Positions 54,440-64,000 of a DNA stretch of 64,000 nucleotides are shown in pieces. Origin of the DNA: Eledone cirrhosa (lineage: Eukaryota). The notes beneath the pieces are model-generated. The model did no database searches. It worked only from the letters and a program-made list of their open reading frames with translations, and had not been told where the DNA came from. How positions within the stretch are numbered: position 1 is the stretch's first letter; each line of letters opens with the position of its first letter. The DNA is taken from assembly GCA_964016885.1 (NCBI GenBank), contig OZ024745.1, positions 23,994,001 through 24,058,000 on the forward strand, read 5' to 3'. Both the position numbers and the translations under genes were made by a program.

Positions 54440-54762
54440 GTAGCTCTCCTGAAATCACTTGAACAGCTGCGCAAGGATTTCCTTCCATCGAAATCCTTCA
54501 ATTCATCGTCAGCACGACTAAAATGCCGAAACCAATGTTGCCCTGTGCATTCATTAACATTTCCTTGGCCCCAATCTTCATTAATGTTTCTAGTCGTGTG
54601 ATGCACTACGACCGAGTTTAATCCAATAGAAATAAATTTGGCAAAAATCCTGTTTTGACATATTAAATTCAAAGATCTGACAATTGACTAAAGTGCATTT
54701 TATATGAGATATAAATCACACAGAAAACAAACCTTAAAATGACACAACTTTACACACCCTGT
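54440..54762 (-). pseudogene. Degenerate mariner transposase N-terminal fragment
   Basis: TTRNINEDWGQGNVNECTGQHWFRHFSRADDELKD resembles the mariner HTH region; TIR-like ACAGGGTGTGTAA at the end. Confidence 0.55.
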
Positions 54763-54835
54763 CTAAATTGTTGTTATTTACAAAATGTGGAAGCAAATAA
54801 AAACAATAAACCTACATTAATTTCTGTATAAGCTA

Positions 54836-54930
<95 letters not shown>

Positions 54931-55076
54931 TGTGTGTGAGTGTGTGTGTGTAGGTATGTACGTATATACGTATGTATGTACGTATGTATGTACGTATGTA
55001 TGTATGCATGTTTGTATGTATATGTATGTATGTATGTATGTAAATATCAAACCTACATTCATTTCTGAATAAGCTA

Positions 55077-55107
<31 letters not shown>

Positions 55108-55359
55108 AATGTATGTATGTATGTATGTATGTATGTATGTATGTATGTATGTATGTGTATCTGTGTGTCTGTGAATGTCTCTGTGTGTGTGTAGGTATGC
55201 ATGTACGTATGTATGTATGTTTGTATGTATGTGTGTTAGGTGTGAGCGTATTGTAAGAAGATGACACCCAGATTTGTAGATAAGCATTAATGTATCATTT
55301 CCCTTGGTGTACGTTACTAAAATTGCGTCATAGATTCTCCACACATTATGTAACGTAGT

Positions 55360-55545
55360 GGATTGGCAGTATCGGTAGAGGGTCGGACGCCATGCTTTGA
55401 CGCATAGAGTTACGGCCCTTGCCATTCTGAGTTCAAATCCCGCCGAGGTTAACTTTGCCTTTCATCCTTACGGGGTCGATAGAATAAAGTACCAGTAATA
55501 CACTGGGATAATTGCTGGCCTTGTGCCCAAAGTAGAAACAATTAT
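55360..55545 (+). mobile_element. tRNA-derived SINE with perfect 15-bp TSD
   Basis: ATTATGTAACGTAGT at 55345-55359 and 55541-55555. Confidence 0.9.
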
Positions 55546-55986
55546 GTAACGTAGTAGATACGGAGAAGTGGCAAAGTCGCTAGAATGTCGGACAGAATGT
55601 TTTTGTTTTGATTTATGGAAGTTGAGTAGGGTTTTCATAGTCTGACCAAGATACTCTCATGGGATGACCAAATGTGGTTTATTTTTCAACATAGTCCTCG
55701 GAAAGGAACAATGTAGTTAATAATGAGAAGAATTGAAATTAATGCATGTAAGATTTCACAGCTCTAACATCACTCCTTCATAGTCAGCCTATGAACTTTT
55801 CAGCCGACCCTCATAGGTGAATATACAGATAAATGAATAGGCAAGTAGACCAAAAGATTAGGTAAATATATATTTCATAAACATACATACATGTATGTAA
55901 GATATATATACATAAATCATATATTGAATATTCCTGTATCAGATGGGTTTTTTTTTACCACACAGTTGAATCCTGTGAATATTTGT

Positions 55987-56282
55987 AACTTAAAGAGACT
56001 AAATCTCTAGTCTAAAGTCCGTCACGAGCTCGGAGGCTTAACTCTTTAAGTTGAATCTTGTGGATTCAACTTAAAGAGACTAAATCTTTAGTCTAAAGTC
56101 TGTCACGAGCTCGGAGGCTCAACTCTTTAAGTTGAATCCACAAGATTCAACTTAAAGAGACTAAATCTCTAGTCTAAAGTCCGTCACGAGCTCGGAGGCT
56201 CAACTCTTTAAGTTGAATCTTGTGGATTCAACTTAAAGAGACTAAATCTAAAGTCTAAAGTCTGTCGCGAGCTCGGAGGCTC
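55987..56282. repeat. 81-bp tandem array with palindromic junctions
   Basis: AACTTAAAGAG starts at 55987, 56068, 56149 and 56230. Confidence 0.92.
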
Positions 56283-56900
56283 ATGAGGCTGATGCTTATC
56301 ACGGTTTTCATGGCGTTAATCAACTGAGAGTCCAATACTTCCCCCTGAATATGACGCCAGTCCATTGCAGGGTTAAACGCTCAGCTGTTACTGGTACTCA
56401 TTTTCAGTTGAATGAGTAACATGAAATGAAGTGTTTTGCTCAAGAACACCGTCGTTGAATCTTCTGTGGATATTTGTACCTTCAAGAGACTACCAAATTG
56501 TAAATGATATTTATTTTGTTCATTACGTCTGTTTCCTATCACGATTTGGTTCAAACGCTAGTCAATCAAAAGCTACATATTTCTGACAAGATAGTATCGA
56601 GCAATTAGAATTCTGTCCTTTTTCAAATCTTGCTAACGAAGCAAGTCACGAGTTCTGACTACAGAAACAAGACCTATCTCAGCACTAAATATGTTCTTTC
56701 ACACGTGTTTTCCATGATTTTTTCCTATGTTATTTAACCCAATTCCATAATTATCAGGTATTCTTATGTCGTATCTCCAAATACCAAGTTTACTGTTAAC
56801 TATTTATCGAGGGCTTTGTGCGAGTTTGTCTCAGCTTAGATTGATTGGGACATGATGCAGCTGATGTATGTATGTTCTGGATTTATTATTTCATACATGT

Positions 56901-57095
56901 AGGGGCGGTGGATTGGCAGTATCGGTAGCGGGTCGGACGCCATGCTTTGACGCATAGAGTTACGGCCCTTGCCATTCTGAGTTCAAATCCCGCCGAGGTT
57001 AACTTTGTTTTTCATCCTTACGGGGTCGATAAAATAAAGTACCAGTAATGCACTGGGGAAATTGCTGGCTTTGTGCCAAAAGTAGAAACAATTAT
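56901..57095 (+). mobile_element. tRNA-derived SINE with 16-bp TSD
   Basis: ATTATTT(C/T)ATACATGT flanks; near-identical to 55360-55545. Adjacent 57107-57180 is a decayed R4/Dong 3' UTR remnant. Confidence 0.9.
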
Positions 57096-57861
57096 TTTAT
57101 ACATGTTCACCAATAGAGTGAGAGCCGGATTCTAACAGAAACAAGACACTTTCATTTGAATTTAGACATCAACTATGTACATACGTATGTATCCCTGCAT
57201 GTGTTTGTGTGTGTGTGTTTGCGCGCGTGCGTGTGTATGTGTATGTGTGTGTGTCCATGTATGGGTGTTATTGCATGTGTGAATCTGTATGTTTTAAGTT
57301 ATATGTGTACACGTTCATATCTATACACGAGTATATGTAGTTACTACATGTACATGCATATGTGTGTGTGTGTGTTTAAAGACGAAGAAAAAAGTGAGTG
57401 GTTATATACACATTGTTCATATATATGTACGCATGCGCAGTAACGTTTGGAATAAATACTTCAAAATTAGAACGAAAATATTTTTTTATGTAAATCAATT
57501 AATAAAATGCTCAACAAAAGGGAAAAATGTCATTTTTTAAGCAATAATATTTTGAAACGAAAAGAAACTCGAAGATGAAATAAAGCAAATGTTGAAATAT
57601 ATGTGTAACACCCTTTACAGCTTCTCCGTTCGTGATCATGTTTCTGGCAACCGAACGCTTATAAATATATACGAACCCATAAGGCTTTCATCACCGGAAC
57701 TGCAAATAATGTCATATAGGGATTTACTTTCTTTATTTACATTATAATGTATAAAATATATTCGGAGAAATTCTGGAGGGGTGTTGAGTGTAATATCTAT
57801 GTATTTCAATATGTAGCTTGAACTTAGTTTGTCTCTTCATTTTAATATTTGCCGCAACAGC

Positions 57862-57938
<77 letters not shown>

Positions 57939-58284
57939 GCAATTTTGAAGGTGAAGATGATGATGATGAAGAAAAGTAACATGAACAAAAACAATGGCAA
58001 TAAAAACAACTATAAAAATGAAGAGAGTGAGAGAGAAAGAGATAGAGAGAGAGAAAGAGAGAGGGAGAGAGAGAGAGAGAGAATAGAGAAAAAGAGAGTG
58101 AGAGAAAGAGAGGGAGAGAGAGAGCGGGAGAGGGAGAGAAATGGAGAGAGAAACAAAGAGAGTGAGAGAATAGAGAGAAAGATGGAGAGTGAGTGAAAGA
58201 GAGAGATAGAGAGAAAGAAGGAGAGAAAGATGGAGAGTGAGTGAAAGAGAGAGATAGAGAGAGAGAGAAAGAAGGAGAGAAAGG

Positions 58285-58354
<70 letters not shown>

Positions 58355-59096
58355 TGAATCTTCAGAAGTACGATATACTTTAAAAGGAAATGAAGAGGGA
58401 AAGAGAGGAAGAAAAAAAGAATCAAAGAGAGAAAAAGAGGAAAAAATCAAGGAAATGTTGGTAGAGAGTTAATCGCAGTTGAATGAAAGGAAAAGGAATA
58501 GGAATATGGTTGTGGCAAAGGATGTCGTCACCGCTGTATTGTCTCTCATTGGTCCACAATGACGTCAGCACATGTGACATGCATCAACGAATTACTGATG
58601 TTTCGGCGGTCGTTGTTCAATAGGTCAATGTTTACCGGTTGGTCGACTGCGCCAGATGTCTCAAAGTATGTGTGAGTTTTATATGTACATACATATATAT
58701 GTACATACATACATACATACATACAAATGTATGTAAAGCATACATATACACATACATACATATACACATATATACAAACATACATACATGTATACATATA
58801 TATATGTATACATCCATATATATTTACATACATACAAACATATGTACATTCATAATGTATGCATATATACATACATACGTACATACGTACAAACATACAT
58901 ATATACATATATATTTACATACGTACATACATACATAATATATACATATATGCATACATACATGCATGCATAAACAGAGATACATATATACATACACAAG
59001 CACAAACATATACATACACACATAAACATATAGAAATGTGCATACACACACGCATACATACACGCATAAGTACCTATATATATATACATATATATA

Positions 59097-59228
59097 TAAT
59101 TGTTTCTACTTTTGGCACAAGGCCAGCAATTATCCCAGTGTATTACTGGTACTTTATTTTATCGACCCCATAAGGATGAAAGGCAAAGTTAACTTCGGCG
59201 GGATTTGAACTCAGTCCGTAAAGGGACA
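59097..59228 (-). mobile_element. 5'-truncated SINE
   Basis: 3' two-thirds of the major SINE family. Confidence 0.85.
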
Positions 59229-59533
59229 CACACATATATATATACATACACACATACATACGCGTACATACACGCACACATATATATTTACATATGTATG
59301 TGTATGTATATATATATATATACACACACATACAACACATACATACATATATACTACATTAACATGGTGCTGTTTTCCCACGACTCTTCCTTGTCTCTGT
59401 TCCACTGTATTTTCCCTTTCTCTTCCTCCCCCTTTCTCTACAGATATATGTATTTATATATAGACACGTATACACATGTATGCGTATACACACATCATCC
59501 GGTCTCTTTTTATATATATGTACACGCATATAC

Positions 59534-59784
<251 letters not shown>

Positions 59785-59793
59785 CATATATAT

Positions 59794-60142
<349 letters not shown>

Positions 60143-60239
60143 AATATATAGGAAAATGTTTAACACCGACGTCATAGATATTATAAATGTTTAACACCGA
60201 CATCATAGATATTATAAGATATTTAATAGAAACGTATTT

Positions 60240-60770
60240 AGATCAGGTACACTTGTTGCCCATCTATGAAGTCCAAAATCACCAGTTCAAACCATACGAG
60301 AATAAATCCAGGATGCAGTTGCAGGAAGCCGGATGAATGCCCATTGCAGGGTAAATGTAACACCAAATATGTTGTTTATGAGGCTAAAATAACACCGGTA
60401 ATCAACAACCAGCCAGCCAGGAGTGAGCGATATGTCGGTATGACCCAGGACAGGTTTAAAACCAGATTTTACTCACATGTCGCTTCTTTTAAGCACTCCG
60501 ATAAACGAACATCAACGGCCCTCGCAAGTAAGGTGTAGGAACTCAAGGATAGTAACATCCCGTACTCTATTGATTGGTCTATATTAGACCATTCGAGGGA
60601 ATACCAAAGGGGCACAAAGAATTGTTCTTTGTGTACCACAGAAAAGTATAGGATTTTTTTTTTGCTAAACTTGAGAGCCACTTCCGCTTGCCTTAACTCA
60701 AAGACTGAGATCTTCAGATGCTGTCCTCATCTGAAATCGCATCTGATCTGTAATTGGATTGACACTCCTA
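60240..60770 (+). pseudogene. PLE GIY-YIG endonuclease fragment
   Basis: CSCRKPDECPLQGKC..VVYEAKI..YVGMTQDRFKTRFYSH..TALASKV*ELKD..WSIL..CSLCTTEK; contains a premature TAG and a frameshift. Confidence 0.85.
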
Positions 60771-60975
60771 TGATAACTCAACCACCTTGAACTCCTACTC
60801 TGCTCTTTACTTCTGCTACGGTTTTTATTTTGCTGAATCTACGTTCTGTACTCTTGTATATTTATTTTTTTCTCCCTTATATCCCCTTATATTTCACCTT
60901 TTCCTATGTTCCTCCACCCCCATATATTCTTTTTGCCTTGCCCTTCACATACCTATGTGTATGTGTATGTATATT

Positions 60976-61034
<59 letters not shown>

Positions 61035-61038
<4 letters not shown>

Positions 61039-61926
61039 AAATGGGGAGAAGAATACTGCTGGTTGCACATGGATAACATGTAATAAAATAAGTCCCTCAT
61101 CAGTGATTTGCCGACGATCATAGATATTTCATTGCATTAAAAATCATATACCTCACGTCGGTGCAATAATAACTAAATTAAGTTATTAGGACAATTAAAA
61201 CGCGTAAAGCGAGTGAAACAAGATAACAACAAAGAGGATAGCTAACCGTAGAAGGAAGGGAACAAGCTTCATAGTTATTCTGTTAGCATAAGCTAGGTGA
61301 ATATATGAGTGCTTAGAAAAAAGACCTTTCAGGAGCGAATTCAAATGTGAGAAAGAGAGAAAATGATTTCGTCACGAACGGGGTGAAGTGAGAAGAGGAG
61401 AAACAGTGAGTGAGTGAGTGGAAGTGTGAGGAAGAGTTAACTGACATGACAGAGGGGGCGAAAGAAAGTAGGAGAAACAGAGAGAGCGAGGGAGCAGTAA
61501 CAGAGAGAGAAAAAAACAGAATCGCAGTTTAGGTAAATATATGTGAAAAAATGGGGAGAAGAATACTGCTGGTTGCACATGGATAACATGTAATAAAATA
61601 AGTCCCTCATCAGTGATTTGCCGACGATCATAGATATTTCATTGCATTAAAAATCATATACCTCACGTCGGTGCAATAATAACTAAATTAAGTTATTAGG
61701 ACAATTAAAACGCGTAAAGCGAGTGAAACAAGATAACAACAAAGAGGATAGCGAACCGTAGAAGGAAGGGAATAAGCTTCACAGTTATTCTGTTAGCATA
61801 AGCTAGGTGAATATATGAGCGCTTAGAAAAAAGACCTTTCAGGAGCGAATTCAAATGTGAGAAAGAGAGAAAATGATTTCGTCGCGAACGGGGTGAAGTG
61901 AGAAGAAGAGAAACAGTGAGTGAGTG
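61035..61926. repeat. 510-bp tandem duplication (about 1.75 units) starting in (TA)n
   Basis: GAAAAAATGGGGAGAAGAATACTGC at 61035 and 61545; near-identical. Relatives at 40490-40580, 46786-47430 and 63915-63990. Confidence 0.9.
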
Positions 61927-62149
61927 TGTGTATATGTATGTATATGTAGATAGACTAGTTTTTTTCATTCCGAAGATTGAAGGAAACATTTTTTGCTTTT
62001 AAGAAACCACTGGTGAATGGAATAATTGCCTTATGTTGCTTATTACTTTATTACTTTACTACTATATATATGTATATGTAAGGTTCATATGAATTATCTA
62101 AGACTGAGTTTTACACACACACACATGTATATGTGTATGTATGTGTATG

Positions 62150-62182
<33 letters not shown>

Positions 62183-62934
62183 GTGTGTGTGTTTGTATTT
62201 GGTTGTGCGTGTTTATGATATGTACGTATTTGTATGTGTATAATTGTATAGCTATGTATGTATATGTATGTGTGTATGTATACATATATGTGTGTGTGTT
62301 TGTATTTTTATATTTATGTATATATATATATATATGTATGTGTATATAATTACATATACATATGTGTGTGTATATGTGTGTGTATAATTGTATACGTGTG
62401 CGTGTGCATGTTTGTGCATGTATTTGTGTATGTGTATGTATGTGTTTATGTATTTGTATATGTACATTTATGTGTGAGAGTGTGTGTATGTATTTACTAT
62501 TTCGTACGTATGTATACGTGCATTTGTGTGTATTACTTACCACGCGTGTCTGTCCAGTTACCTGCCTTCTGTATCGCTGTCAAAAAATGTTTTATATATA
62601 TATATTTTTTCTTATATTTATTTGCGTGTGTGAATATGTAGAGGAGTGCATTTATGTATGTGTATGTATGTACGTGTGTATATATGTATGATTGTGTGCA
62701 TGTATGTATGTATGTATATGTATGTGTGTATGGCTATGTTTGTGTATGTGTATGCTTGTACACATATATATATATGTATATGTGTATATATATATATATG
62801 TATGTATATGTGTGTATATATGGATGTGTTGATATTTATGTGCGTATGTATATATGTGTATATGTATGTGTTTGTGTGTATTTATATACACATATATGTG
62901 TGTATATATGTGTGTGTGTATGTATGAGTGTATG

Positions 62935-63015
<81 letters not shown>

Positions 63016-63627
63016 CGTAAAATAAGAAAATTCTTTTTTAAAGTTTTTAAAAAAAATTTTAACTTACTTACTTAAATTTTCACTCCAACTAATTAGTTTC
63101 TGCAATGGGATAAAGACAGTTACCTAATCTAACCGTCGAGAATTCATTGCGTCATCAGGGAGTCTATTCTCAGCTAAGTCTCCAGGCAATGCGCGGACAC
63201 TGGCGGCTCATATAAAAATAATAATAATTCGGTAGATGGAACAGCTAGCGGGGACTAAATTCCATGCACTGAAATCCTCACTGCCTCTAGTCCAATGGCC
63301 GATTCTAAAGAATCAATCACGTGACACAGAGGCCAGTCAGTAGGAATGGGATGGTAAGATGACAGACGCCTACTAACACCCCCAAAAAAATTTTAGAAGT
63401 GGTTTTGGCAGGTTTGCTCGACAAATCAGTGATTTGGAGATAAATATAGATAATTTAATATATCAACTAACATAAGCGCACAGATGTACGCTAATGCCAG
63501 CAAATACACAGGTTATGTCATAGTACCTAGGTGGTTCAATGCAGGAGGATGCAGAACAATAATATAAAAGACGTAAAATAAGAAAAAAATTTTTTAAAGT
63601 TTTTATATATATATATATATGTGTGTG

Positions 63628-63666
<39 letters not shown>

Positions 63667-64000
63667 ATGCTTTTGTGTTTTTGTGTGTGTGTTTGCATGT
63701 GTAGTTTTATTTTATTTTTCCTTTCCTTCTTTCTTCTCCAGCCTCACTTTCATATAGATTGCATTTTTGTTTTTAAAATCCAAATTCAATAAACAGACCA
63801 GGATTTTTTCATTCTGAGGATTGAAAGCAAAATCTTTTGCTTTTAAGAAACCACTGGTAAATGGAATAATTGCCTTATGTTGTTTATTACATAACTATAT
63901 ATATATATTTATAAAAAAAACATGAGAAGAAAGAAGAATACTGCGTGGTTTGCACATCGGTTACATATGATAAAAATAGTCCTTCGTCATATATATATAT

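Noticed and set aside
55360-55450. tRNA gene (GAGTTCAAATCC)
   Set aside because: B-box-like head of a multi-copy SINE with TSDs; no cloverleaf.
55987-56282. CRISPR-like array with palindromic repeats
   Set aside because: The putative spacers are near-identical to each other and derive from an adjacent SINE tail.
60536-60538. Possible selenocysteine read-through in the GIY-YIG fragment
   Set aside because: The stop is TAG at a conserved Trp position (TGG to TAG), not TGA, and a frameshift follows.

Overview
Repeat-saturated, AT-rich eukaryotic DNA with no recognisable host gene. The SINE content and microsatellite load suggest a cephalopod or other mollusc intron/intergenic region (inference). 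Nearly all ORFs in the supplied track are read-through of simple repeats. Real coding remnants are all mobile: a 5'-truncated Penelope-like element (PLE; RT + GIY-YIG) with an inverted pseudo-LTR, two further PLE fragments, two inverted R4/Dong-like LINE copies in (CATA)n, a deleted mariner, and RTE and CR1 remnants. Non-coding repeats include two Helitron-like copies, about 10 SINEs and five minisatellites. The main hidden signal is about 20 intact or decayed hammerhead-ribozyme (HHR) motifs from at least 8 sequence-unrelated families, nearly all in small fold-back cassettes embedded in (TA)n. The cassettes share one architecture: an inverted pair of HHR-bearing arms. One arm ends in the (TA)n tract a few nt before a conserved ACTC...GAGTRC stem-loop, while the other arm keeps that stem-loop as a tail. 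All folds were read by eye, coordinates are hand-counted, and no searches were run.
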